Below, one piece after another: positions 35,837 through 47,960 of a stretch of DNA of 64,000 bases. Source of the DNA: Rhizophagus irregularis (Eukaryota); contig NC_089436.1 of NCBI RefSeq assembly GCF_026210795.1, positions 558,001-622,000 on the forward strand, given 5' to 3'. A program made the translations under genes and the position numbers. The notes below the pieces were generated by a model. The model made no database searches. It was not told where the DNA came from and was given only the letters and a program-made list of their open reading frames with translations. Positions within the stretch are counted from its first letter, which is position 1. Each line of letters opens with the position of its first letter.

Positions 35837-37282
35837 ATGGCGGAAAACTTGTTATTAGATTTATCACAAGATATTGGTCAACTTCTTATTTCTGGAGATA
35901 ATTATGATTTAATTATTCAAGCTGGAGAAGGTCAAAATATGAAAGAATTCTTTGCACATTCATTAATATTAAGTGCTAGGTCAACATATTTTAGAACTGC
36001 ATTATCAAAAGAATGGGCAAAAAAAGAAAATGGAATTATTATTTTTAAAAAGCCAAATATTTCTCCAGAAATCGTTGAATTAATTTTAAAATATATATAT
36101 ACTGGATTAGTTAATTTTAATAAACAAAATGGATCACAAATGTTAAAACTTTTAATGGCATCTGATGAATTGAATTTGCAAAAATTAAGTGATTATATTC
36201 AAACTTGTTGGATTGATAACCGAGTAGAATATTTAAAAAATGATCCCGTTGACATTCTTCAAATTATATTTCGGCATGGGGGATGTGAAGATTTACGTAA
36301 ATTTTGTTTAAATTCTATCTGTGAAAATCCTAAAATACTTTTTGAATCTCCAAAATTCACTTCATTGGAAACGGATCTTATCATTCTTTTCTTAAAAAAT
36401 AATGAACTTGAAATGGAAGAAATTGAAATTTGGGAATTTGTACTTAAATGGGCTCTTGCGAGAATGTCAACTCAATATAATGTTGATAACTTATCTCAAT
36501 GGACATCAAGTAACTTTAAAGAATTGGAAAAAATTCTACACGATTTAATTCCACATATTAGATGGTTTCAAATTCCTGCAAAAGTTTTTTGGAGAAAGGT
36601 TAATCAATTTGAGCCAATATTTCCAAAACAACTTTATAAAGATATTATTGGGTATCATTTTGATCCTGACACGCCACCAGTTAATGCAGTATTACCTTTA
36701 AGACGGAATTTATCTTATATTGACTCTGTTCTTATCGAAAGAGATCATTTATCAATAATTGCAAGCTGGATTGATAAAAAAGAAAAGTCTTTTTATGACA
36801 CTAAAAGTACTCCTTATCTATTCAAACTTCTTTATCGTGCAAGTAGAGATGGATTCGAGGCTGCAAAATTTCATGAATTATGTGATAACAAAGGTTCAAC
36901 CATTATGATATCAAAATTAAAAGAAAATGGCCGGTTAATTGGAGGTTATAATCCATTAAGTTGGCAACGTTATAGTACTATTGTTCAAAATAATGGAACT
37001 TGGCAATCTACACTAGATAGTTTCTTATTTTCTTTTATAAAAAAGGAAGAAATTAATTCGGCATTTATAACAAGAGTTAAAAGTAATAAAAATTCTGCAG
37101 TAAGTTATGATTTAAAATATGGTCCTGCTTTTGGTGGCGGATGGGATTTAATTATAGAGCGTAACATTATTAAGATATGTAGTAATTATACATATTCAAT
37201 ATGCGTGAGTATAAGTATTGGAGAATACATTTTGGAAGATTATGAAGTATACCAAGTAGTAAAAAACGTAAAACTAAAGTAA
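35837..37282 (+). CDS. BTB/POZ-BACK-TLDc domain protein, copy 6
   Basis: 481 aa paralog with the same motifs. Confidence 0.95.
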   Translation: MAENLLLDLSQDIGQLLISGDNYDLIIQAGEGQNMKEFFAHSLILSARSTYFRTALSKEWAKKENGIIIFKKPNISPEIVELILKYIYTGLVNFNKQNGSQMLKLLMASDELNLQKLSDYIQTCWIDNRVEYLKNDPVDILQIIFRHGGCEDLRKFCLNSICENPKILFESPKFTSLETDLIILFLKNNELEMEEIEIWEFVLKWALARMSTQYNVDNLSQWTSSNFKELEKILHDLIPHIRWFQIPAKVFWRKVNQFEPIFPKQLYKDIIGYHFDPDTPPVNAVLPLRRNLSYIDSVLIERDHLSIIASWIDKKEKSFYDTKSTPYLFKLLYRASRDGFEAAKFHELCDNKGSTIMISKLKENGRLIGGYNPLSWQRYSTIVQNNGTWQSTLDSFLFSFIKKEEINSAFITRVKSNKNSAVSYDLKYGPAFGGGWDLIIERNIIKICSNYTYSICVSISIGEYILEDYEVYQVVKNVKLK

Positions 37283-37455
37283 CTTTAAACTTTATTAAAG
37301 TATTTACGCAAAATTTCAAATGACCTATTTCTAATATTCGCGGCGCGAGAAACAACTAAATCAACTACGAAACATTAAAAAATAATTTTTATTTGATGAA
37401 ATAAAAAAACTATTTTTCTTTATTATTGACTATAATAATACAAAATTACAATAAA

Positions 37456-39655
37456 CTAAATAGCGTTTACAGTACTTTCAGATAGTTGCAGTTGTTGTAG
37501 GTGTTGTGGTTGTTTTTTAGTGGCGCTTTGAAGTCGGCGTTGTTGTTTTAATAAATTATCCAATTTTTTTTGAGCAAGAGCGAGACCACCTTTAGAAGCT
37601 TTTTCATAACATTCTATAGCTTTAGGAATATTCTTTTTAATACCAATGCCATCTTCATAACATCTACCTAAATCCATTTGAGAAGTAACATTACCAGCTT
37701 CAGCACTAGCTAAAAATTGATCAAAGGCACTTTGAAGATTTTTGGTAGTACCATAACCTCTTTCATAGCAATATCCTAACATCCATTGTCCTCTACTATT
37801 ACCACTATCACTACTTTTTTTAAGTAATTCATATGCTTTCTTCCTATCTTGTTTAATACCATAACCCCAATAATAACATCTGCCTAAAAAATATTGGCCA
37901 ATGGAATCATTTGAATCCGATGATTTCTTATAATGATTGAAAGCTTCTTGTTTATCTTGTGCTGTACCAATAGCATTTTCAAAGAAAAATCCAATTAAAC
38001 AAGAAAATCTTAAGTCATCACGATGTCTTCGTAACGACTTAAATGTTGATTTGTGTTCTCTCATACGATTATGTAAATATTCTTTTAAACTTTGTATCAT
38101 TGTATTTGTATCTCCACTTATTTCTAATATTTCTTCAAAGAATTTTAATATTTCCTCAAAGAATGCTTTATCTGTATTTGCAATTATTTTTTTATTTTGT
38201 GTCAATGTTGTGGGAGAAGTTGGAGGTGAATTAATTGAATTAGTTGAACTACGACGAGAATTAGGCAATTTCGGACTTTTTAGTGGGGAAGAATTGCTGT
38301 TGAAGTCGTAATTGAGATTTGATATGGATATCGAGTGTATGCTCCTCCTTACTGAATGATTACTTTTTTGATTCATCGTATTTAATAAATCTGATGAAAT
38401 GTCCGAAATAGATGAAATACTCTTCCTATCAGTGATTCTCCTCTTTTGTGTTGTGCTATCATTACTTTTAATCTTCTTTTCGGAAATAGATTTCCCAAGA
38501 CTTTTCTCTCGTGTATTCTCAAGAGTAATCCCGTTAAGCTTTTCTAATACTTGAAAGATATTAGGACGCTGATTTGGAACGCCATCCCAACATTGAGAAT
38601 AAATATCAATATAAGCTTGTGGTGTTCCTTTAATAGGACGTTCTCTTTGTCCGTTTGATATTTTATTAGCAAGTTCTAATTGAGTTAATGATGTTGAAGA
38701 AGAAGTCGATTTAAATGGTGGTCTACCACTCGATAATTCCCATAATAAAACCCCAACACTATATACATCTGATTTATCGTTTCTTCTATATTGGGAATTT
38801 TTCAAACTTCGTGGTTCAATGTACATTATATATCCTTTTAAATCTGATGATGATTTGGACGTTTCACTTAATTGTCTTGAAGATCCAAAATTACTTATTT
38901 TAATTACACCTTCTCTTATTAATATATTACTAGAATTCTATAAGAAATTTGTTTTTAAATTGTGAGAAAATAAATAAATAGAATAAAAGTATTTAAAACT
39001 TATTCTTACCAAATCTCGATGAATTATTTTCTCTTTATGTAAACATGCTACACCACTTGCTAACTGTTTTGCAAAATTTAATTTATCAGTCCATGATAAT
39101 GATGTAAAATTTTTACTTAAATAATGACCAAGTGTTCCACCATCTGCATAATCCATCATTAATAAATATTTATTAAGGTTTGGTTCTATTGTTACGTTCA
39201 AACGTATTTAAAAAAGGAGGGGTTAATTAAATATATTAGTAGAAATATCGTAGGGCTATCGAAATAATTACAACTTCAAACTTTAATACCTTGACTAATT
39301 CCATAAAATTGTAATATATTAGGATGATAATCAACTTTCTTATGCAATTTCATCTAAATTAAAAAAAAACAATAAGTATATTGGTATAAATTTATTAACA
39401 AATAAAAAAAGATGATATACCTACATCATTGATAAATTTATCTAAGAGTTGCGTATCAGTTTTACTATTTCCTTCTTTTTTGATGAATTTACTTTTTAAT
39501 GCAACAATCATTCCATGATCATTCCACGTTGCTTTATATACAGCTCCTAATGATCCTCTCTCAATTACTTCTATATCTGAAAATTCATCATACGCATGAA
39601 ATTTTACGTGTCCCTCTTCTATAACTTGTTTTAATAAATTGGTTGTATTCTCCAT
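37456..39655 (-). CDS. Tyrosine-kinase-like (pseudo)kinase with C-terminal Sel1-like repeats
   Basis: Exons 39655-39425, 39353-39290, 39185-39010 and 38937-37456 join in frame: [39 protein letters not shown] Ser-rich linker follows, then Sel1 repeats ([30 protein letters not shown]). Confidence 0.92.
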
Positions 39656-41220
39656 TGCTTAATTAATTAATTTCTTGCGTAAAAATTTTTTTTTTAAAAA
39701 AAAAGGAAATAAATAAAAAAATTTTTTTTCAAATGAGGGAGGAAAATAAATTTATACATTTGTCAGGTTTTTTGTGAAATGTTGTACTCGGAATATCTAA
39801 ATATCTAACACCCTTGTTCATCGTGGCACAATCCTTCTGATACACAATATATTTACATATAAATAATTAGGTTTTAATAATTACGATAAGTGAATTGACA
39901 ATTGACATATGACGATCGTCGAATCTGATTTTTCAAACTACCAAACTCGTAAGATTTTTCATAAAGAAATACGAAAGCGAAAGGACGTGTCACTATAGCC
40001 TTCCCCACAAATAAATATATTTCAAAATTTGATGTTTCGCATAGAATAAAGTGCATGACATATTGTGCTTTGCAGAAATAAAATTTAGCCACATTTATTT
40101 TAAACGCTTAAAACTTCTAGAAAGAATTTTTTTGGTTAGCGATATTAATCACGTGATGCTAAGCCTTGGGCTGTTCTGTGTTCCACTACAGAAATTTGTC
40201 ACATATGTCAGTCATATTATCCTTTCAAAAAGACTAGTGTCACAGCTTCGGCACTGATCATAATTATTATTACATAGCCTATTTTATCTCGCTCACTAGA
40301 TAGTTTGTAGATGTTTTTAACCTTTACATTTATCTTTGATTTACGTAGTAAATAGCCGATAAATTTTATACGTCACACTCTAATAAATAATATTAGTCAA
40401 ATTGATCAAATTGATAAAAAAATCAATGTTCACGAAAAATCATAAAAGCCAACGGATGATGACATGATCTATAAAACATAGTATTATAGTATTATAAAGT
40501 AATATAAGCTGTTATTATACTATTTCAACTGCGCCTATATGCGCTGGGAGTTATGTTCTTAACACGTTGAGTATAATATATTTATTTGTTTGGCTACATC
40601 GGGATGTGGAATCAAAAAAATTTGTGAACCGAGGATGACATTAAATGAATGGTAGTTACCGATTTCTTGACTCAATACACATACATATAAATGGGTTCAA
40701 AAAAGATGTAATAACTAAGATATATTGGAAATAAATAAAATAAATAAGTAAATATTTACAAAATATAAAATTTCAATGATGCTTATACCCATCGCAATAG
40801 TTTTACTATCATGATCATAAGTTACAGCAGCTACGTAAATTTGCGGTTGACTCAATAATACTGCCCAATGTCCTTTTGTTCAGCAAAAAGCCAACACTGG
40901 GAACGCTATGACACATTATGTATCCTGACAACTGTGAATTCAATGTTTCAATGAACCAAAGAAAAGACAGAGACAAAAAGGAAAAATAGAAAATATATCA
41001 ATTTGATGCAGGAAAAAATCAATGATGCCAGAAAAAATGATGCCAGAAAGTAACAAACAGTCAAGTAGCAGAATAAAAGCAAAATTGACACTATCAATGC
41101 AGTGCCTTTATAACCAAGTAAAAGATTGTAAAATGCAAAGAAATGCAAACATTCTTGGAAGAAGAACTAGGATCCCGAATAATATATATATAGGCTAGCT
41201 GTAAAAGTTGCTTATTGGTC

Positions 41221-41563
41221 ATATAAAATTTTCAAAAGTTAATTATTTCAGGGGCATTTTTTCAAATTTTCTATCCTACACATCCCCTGTTTTTAAATAA
41301 TCTACTTATTGGATTTTAATGAATTTATATCATTTTAATGAAAGGAATCTAATGACAGTAAAATTGCATTTCTAGCACTGGTATTAGCTGAGTTATTATA
41401 GGTTAAAAATTTAACTATAATTATATATTTACTGAATTAAATGAAAGATGTTTAGAATCCTGAAAAACTGCTCTGAAAAATCTGAAATGATGCTTTGGCA
41501 TATATGTAGGATAAGAAAATTTGAAAAAATACCCCTGAAATAAACAACTTTTAAAATTTATAT
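41221..41563. mobile_element. Fold-back MITE-like element with ~60-bp imperfect inverted repeats
   Basis: ttatttcaggggcattttttcaaattttct.atcctaca vs tgtaggataagaaaatttgaaaaaatacccctgaaataa. Confidence 0.65.
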
Positions 41564-41783
41564 TCTTCCATTCAATAAAATCCTAAAAATATCAACACAG
41601 TTAATACATTTTTTTTATTTTCTTTATTTTATTATTGCTTTATTAATATTGAAATTCCAAACTAAATTTCAGAATCATTGCTCATACTGTCTAGTAAAGC
41701 AATAAAATTGTAGATTCTGGTAAAGTCACCTTGCAGTTATCTCCCTAAAGATGACTTTGCTTCTACCATCTATATTATGGTAA

Positions 41784-42232
41784 TAGAAATCAGAAAAGAT
41801 TCGATTAAAATCAAAACTATTGAAAATTGATAAGAATCGATTTTAAATCAAATCTCGAATAAAAATCAAATCTACTCAGTTTCGTTAATTAATGACCATA
41901 AATTATTATTTGTTCATAATAGTTTACAAGGGCGGATCCCTTAATTTTAGCCAAATTCATAATTCCAGCCGCGAATCACGTGATAGAACACAAACTTCCT
42001 AAAAAGGAAATTTTATCTCCCAATAAAATTCAAATTGCTATCGCACAAGGTTGTACAAATTTCCAAAAAGGAAATTTATTTGTTAATCACAGTTAATTTG
42101 TAATCACGTGATATGTGTTTAAACACCCCTATTATAAATAGTATAAAAAAAATCAGTATTTGCGAAATGATTAATCGTGATTAAATTGATTTTAGAATTG
42201 ATTCTAATAATGGGAATCGATTTCAATCCCTA
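41784..42232. mobile_element. hAT-type MITE
   Basis: 8-bp TSD tatggtaa at 41776-41783 and 42233-42240. Termini TAG../..CCCTA with aatcgatt repeats. Confidence 0.75.
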
Positions 42233-42240
42233 TATGGTAA

Positions 42241-42403
42241 TACTTATACATGCTGCCCAAATTATTTTGGGATGCCATAATTCATTCGGTTTATATATAA
42301 TTTACTATGTAAAGTGCCAAAATAATTTGGGATGCCATAATTGAATTTGGGATTTTACTTATAATTACGGCAGTCCAAAATAATTTGGGTGGCATATATA
42401 GTA
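42241..42403. mobile_element. Small MITE with ~35-bp inverted repeats
   Basis: atgctgcccaaattattttgggatgcc vs ggcagtccaaaataatttgggtggcat. Confidence 0.6.
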
Positions 42404-42426
42404 ATGCTCATTATTATATCTTTACA

Positions 42427-42704
42427 CACTGGTAAAAAAATGAAAAAATTCTATCTCACACTATTCTACACATATCTTACATATATCAGATGCTAAATGT
42501 AGAAAATTAGCAAATAATACACATATCATATACATACGAATACTTATATATATAGTATACCTATCAGGTACCTGATATATGTATGATATATATATTAGTA
42601 CCCGATATGTGTATGATATGTGTATTATTTGTGTATGATTTTCTACATTTTGAGTACCCAATATGTGTAAGATATGTGTAGGATAAATCATTTTTTTACC
42701 AGTG
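42427..42704. mobile_element. CACTG (CACTA-family) MITE
   Basis: TIR cactggtaaaaaaatga/tcatttttttaccagtg, 3-bp TSD ACA, and the same subterminal ggtacc(c/t)gatat repeats as the large element. Confidence 0.9.
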
Positions 42705-44592
42705 ACATTATTGTTATTTATTAAATTATTAGATAAAAGAATAATATAAGTAACATAAAAGAAAGAAGACATTTAAAAAAGTTTACCTTCTTTGTCTTAT
42801 CAAGTAATTGGTTGCTATACAGAACCATTTATGATTAAATTTTTTAAATACAAATTATTTTTTTAAAAAAGGTTATTAATAAATGATTTTTTTTAAAAAA
42901 AAAAGATATATATTTCCTTTATAAATATTTTTTCTAATTTGAAATTCTATTTATTTTAGTTAAACATTTAAAATAATATATACAAGTAATATATTTAAGA
43001 TATCTGCAAACATAAATTTCTTTTTTATTTAAAAATTAAAAATAATATATGCAACTAATGCAAGCAATAAGATTAAGATGCTCTTGCAAATATATTTATA
43101 TCAGATAATTACAAATAAAAAGTTATTATCTAAAATATCAAATAAATTCAATTATGTCAAATTTGAGTTCAATTTAAATTCAATTTGAATTCACAAACTA
43201 ATTTATTTTAACTAAATATTATAAATTTATTAATCATTTAATTCATTTATTTCTAATTATAAAATTAGATTATATTTAATTAAGTTAAATCTAATAAAAA
43301 TTAACAATTCCATCAATACAAATTTAAATTCAAATTCAACTTGAATTTAATGAGTTTGAAATGATTAAATTTGCAAGTATAATAATCTAACTACATTTGT
43401 ACATATCAATTATATTAATATTATAATATTATTAATCCTTACTTATATTTAATTGTAAAATACAAATAATACTAATATCATTAAAATTCTTAAATTTTGA
43501 TTTTTTTTAAACCTTTTAAATTGATTTATTATATAATATTCTTCAAAAATGAGATATTGAATAAAAATAGAAGATGAAATATAATATAAATATAAAAAGT
43601 TATTTATAAACTGATATGTAATTTATATATAATTTATGTGTAACTATTTGTATTATTTATAAAAATCATATCAGGATTATTAATCCTAAAATATCAGAAT
43701 ATAATATATGGATTATCAGGTATATAATTATTAGGTAATTGACATATTACTAATATTTTAATATTTGACCAATATATATCTGATATCTAGTAAAGTTTTC
43801 AAAAAAGTTTACTATACCTTTATAGTATTATTCAAAATGATCAGTTAGTCTTGTGATTTTTGATCAGTTTTGATAGTCTTTAAAAAATTTTCAGAAAAGT
43901 AATAATGCTATGTTTACAATTTTTTATGGTATAAAAAAGTGATAAATTTTAGTCTTAATCTAACCATTCAATATAGAATTAGGGAGGTTTTTGAATGTTT
44001 TTATTTTACTAAAACTAGTATTTGTTGTTTTTTTCAGTCTTTGGTTAATTTTACCTTTGCTAATTTTTAAAAAAAAAGTATAAAAGTCAAATTTTAGCAT
44101 TTATTAGTCTTAACTATAGTATTTGTTGCACACATCCTAAAAATTTAAGAATACATTTTTTATAACTTTTTCAAAAACTGAATAGGATCATTTAAAATTG
44201 AAAAACTGACTAATCATCACTAAGTATTGTGTCAGAACTCTAAATAATTATAATTAAGATTATATTTCTTATATTAAAAATTTTTAAAAATTTATTATTG
44301 CCATCTTGAATTTATTTTAAAAGATATAAATATAAAATTTTAATAAAAAAATTGGTTTTCTACTATTTATACTAATTTTGTAATTTAAAAAGTAATATTT
44401 AATAATGTAGTTTTTTATTTTTTTAAAAATATTTCTATGTATATTAATAGTAATGAAAAAGTGTATATTTTTTTGCCAAATTTTACCTTATTATATAAGT
44501 TTATCTTTAATTTTTAATTAGTATTAAAAGAATATATTATAAAATAATATTAAGATAAATAATATATAAAAATTTAAAACAGTTAGATATAA

Positions 44593-44759
44593 GGGCACTG
44601 TCAAATATTACCTAATATCACTTTAATATAAGAACTTACTCCCTCTTCCCTAGGTAAGATATGTTATATATATAATTCCTTATATAGTATTGTATGTAAC
44701 CTAAGATCTTTAGTTACCCTCCCTCCCCCTAAAATATTAGGTAATATCTGATAGCACCC
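44593..44759. mobile_element. PIF/Harbinger-type MITE
   Basis: TIR gggcactgtcaaatattacctaatat/atattaggtaatatctgatagcaccc with TAA TSD. Confidence 0.8.
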
Positions 44760-44920
44760 TAATTACTTTGAACAAATTAATAATTTGCTTTATATTCCAG
44801 CATTCTTTAACTTACATTACAAAAAAAAACTTATAAAAATATGTCTTAAGAAAGTATACTTCAACTAATTAAAGTTATAATAGCTGATTATTATGAAGAA
44901 TTATTTATACCTATTGCTTC

Positions 44921-45025
44921 CACTAGTAAAAAAATGATCTATCCTACATATATCTTACACATATTTTACATTTTGAGTATTTAATATGTAAGATATGTGT
45001 AAAATAGATCATTTTTTTACCAGTA
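44921..45025. mobile_element. Minimal (105 bp) CACTG-family MITE
   Basis: cactagtaaaaaaatgatcta/tagatcatttttttaccagta with 3-bp TSD TTC. Confidence 0.8.
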
Positions 45026-45139
45026 TTCTGAAAATAAAATTATAAAAAATTTACAATTTTAACTTAATAACATGATAACATCAGAAACACAAAATTATTT
45101 TTAGAATCTTTTTATACCTATTCAAAATCAGCAGCAATT

Positions 45140-45779
45140 TATTAGTACAAATGAATTAGATAATTATTTTAATTCTAATTCTTCTAGTAATGAAGTAATG
45201 CCAATGGAATGGTAAAGGATTTATGCAATTGAGTACCCAAAATTGTCCAAAATGGTAAAAGACTATTTGTTCATAATGTTAACATCTGTTTCCTGTGAGC
45301 AGTTTTTCTCAGTTGCTGGAAAACAGATAACTTGAACATGAAATAGATTGCATCCAGATACAACATGAGCATGCTTATGCTTAAAATCATGGTCAGAATA
45401 AGAAAAAATCAAATTTTGAATGTATACTTTATTGGTTTAGATATAAAATGAACAATATTAGTTAGTTTATAACAAATTCAGTTGTACATCAATATATTAA
45501 AATTATTAATAAAGACATATATTAAATATAATTAATAATTACTATCTAACTAATATTTTACAATAAAATTAAAATAAATAATAATAAATTATTATGATAA
45601 TAATAAAATATTTTATAGTCTTTTAAAGACTGCAGTCCTAAAAAGACTGGCGGTCTTATTGCTATTTGTAAAGACCATTTAGGGCCATAAGAGTTTGCAG
45701 TCTTTTTGGTCCAGTCTTTTTGGTCTTAAGACCAAAAAGACCATAAGTCCTGAGCTGATAAGACCATCTTTAAGCACTA
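45140..45779 (+). mobile_element. hAT remnant: dimerisation-domain pseudo-exon and right terminus
   Basis: ELDNYF..MEW*..EYPKLSKMVKDYL..TSVSCEQFFSVAG..NRLHPDT..CLCLKSW, then aagac repeats and terminus ..agcacta. Confidence 0.75.
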
Positions 45780-46011
45780 TGTCTAAAACTAGTAGCAAAG
45801 TCCTGAGCTTTGTATTTCTTTTTTGCATGTACTGTATTAATAAAAATTTTTTCTTGGCAAATTTTCTCTGACCTCGTGTTGCCATGAATCTTTTAATTTT
45901 GAATACAGTACTTAAACAGACTTTCAATTTATTAAAAATAACAAATAACTTGGTAAAATATTATTTAATATAACAAGATATATTAAAATTACATCAATAA
46001 AAGTATATATG

Positions 46012-46812
46012 TTATTGTCCAGAGCGAAGCGAAGGACTATATATATTTATGAACCTTAATGACATATTGGATCACGTGGCGATGTCTGTTTGTCATTTCT
46101 GATTAGTCTGCACAGATTGTGTCATTGAAATTTCGTGCTACTTCAAAAATAAACAAGTGTAATAATCATAATAAGTTTATGATAAACATGATTACCTGAT
46201 AATCACTTTTTTTGTTTGGTTTCGTCTAGTGAGTATATTTTTTTTTAATTGACTTCAAAGGAATGTTTTTGATTTATTTCTTATTCTTTTTCTAGGGTTT
46301 CTGGATTTCTTGTATATACTGGACTGGTAAGTTGTTTTTTTATTTGTTTTGCTTTAAAGAAACGTTTCTAACGTTTCACTTATTATTATTTCTAGAGACA
46401 CGGGATTTTTGTACACGCCAGATTTTTAAAGGTAATTTGGCTTTTCTTATTTGTTTGACTTTAAAGAAACATTTCTAATGTTTCATTTCTTACTTTTATC
46501 CTAGGGTTTCTAGATTTCTTGACTGGTAAGTTGTTTTTTATTTGTTTTGCTTTAAAGAAACATTTTTAATAACGTTTCATTTTTATTTTTTTTATCTAGG
46601 AATGCGGGTTTTTTGTATATGCTGGACTTTTAAAGGTAAATTGTGAAGAGGGGCTTTTCTTATTTGTTTAACTTTAAAGAAATGTTTCTAACGTTTCATT
46701 TTTTATTTTTTTTAAGGATGCCAGATTTTTTGTACAAATTGAATTTTTAAAGATATTTGGATTTTTGTACAAAATCTTTCGCTCTGGACTTACAACGGTT
46801 TCCGTTTCCTAG
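46012..46812 (+). mobile_element. Non-autonomous element with subterminal inverted repeats and 3' hairpin (Zisupton/KDZ-like or Helentron-like) carrying a mini-exon unit
   Basis: Perfect 12-bp subTIR gtccagagcgaa (46017)/ttcgctctggac (46778-46789), 3' hairpin aacgg-ttt-ccgtt then CTAG. Flanked by direct repeat tatatatg (46004-46011, 46813-46820). Confidence 0.65.
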
Positions 46813-47367
46813 TATATATGTGATGATTTGGGGTCATCGGATAAAAATTGGTGGGTGAAGGTGAATACGCATGTCCGAAACTTGAAACTTTGCATAAATA
46901 TTTCCTATATTATATATAATCTATAGTAAAATTGTAAAAATAATAAAGTAATCTGTTCCATAATACAGGTTAATTATTAATAAGTTGTACAATAAATTTA
47001 ATAAATTAATGTCACAAATTAATATACACAAAATTTATTGAATTTAATGTCATTGAATTTCTAAATTGCGTTACAAAATTACGAAATTTAATAAATTATT
47101 GCTGCGAAATTAATGATATGAAATTTAATAAATAATGCTAAATCACTATTTATATCAGTAAATTCTCAATAATGTTTCGATTTTTGCAAAAAAAATATAT
47201 CACATTTTTGGAATATGTTAGCTTGTGATTAAATGATCTGTAGAATTTTTATGTAAAAGTTTCCATTAATATAAAAAATAGACACCTCTTCTAATGTAAC
47301 AACATCGGAAAATGATCGGCAAAATGATCAATATGTCAGTGCTTAAACAGCTTAAACAGTGTAGATC

Positions 47368-47960
47368 ATGTCATCAGAGCTTGAAATATTGAGACAGCGT
47401 ACCACTGAGCGGTAGTGGATGGACAACCACAGAATGATCAGGAAGTGATATCGGAGGTATCAGCTATTGATATATCAGGTTCGCTAAAGCAAACAGACCA
47501 GCACAATAATGTCGACACCAAGACATCAGAGGAAATGGAGAAGGATGTTTCTTGGATGAGGTCCATAAGAAAAGTATTAGCGACGAGATTAGGAAACGAA
47601 ATAAGGAAAAGAAACTTAGTAAAGCAGGGCAAGATCAAGTATCATTACAAAAAATATCTGATACAGTTACTTCTGGTAATATCTTTTCTGAAAAACCCGT
47701 GAGTGCAAAAAATGGACAGGGATTAATTCAAGAAATTTCTCGTAACTTTAATGAATCCGGTACTCCTTCATCTATTCAGGATTATAACTCCACATGCGCA
47801 TTGCCTCTCGACCCCCCCAGAAATTTCGCTTACCTCGGGTAAGGAAAATATCATTCACTTATATCAAAGAGCCAGCGATACAGAAGGTCTCGCAATGAAA
47901 GCTAATCAAAAAGAGATACTAAGCTGGTCCAAAATCCGGAAAAGTTCTCTTGCGTAACTT
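47368..47960 (+). pseudogene. Fragmented hypothetical coiled-coil protein gene
   Basis: MSSELEILRQR.. and MDEVHKKSISDEIRKRNKEKKL..IIHLYQRA..KANQKEILSW lie in shifting frames. Confidence 0.4.

Noticed and set aside
37937..38311. Antisense ORFs in the kinase and BTB genes (also 30233 and 31785)
   Set aside because: Shadows of real coding strands.
40590..41180. Coding-like fragment upstream of the kinase
   Set aside because: Multiple stops and no recognisable motif.
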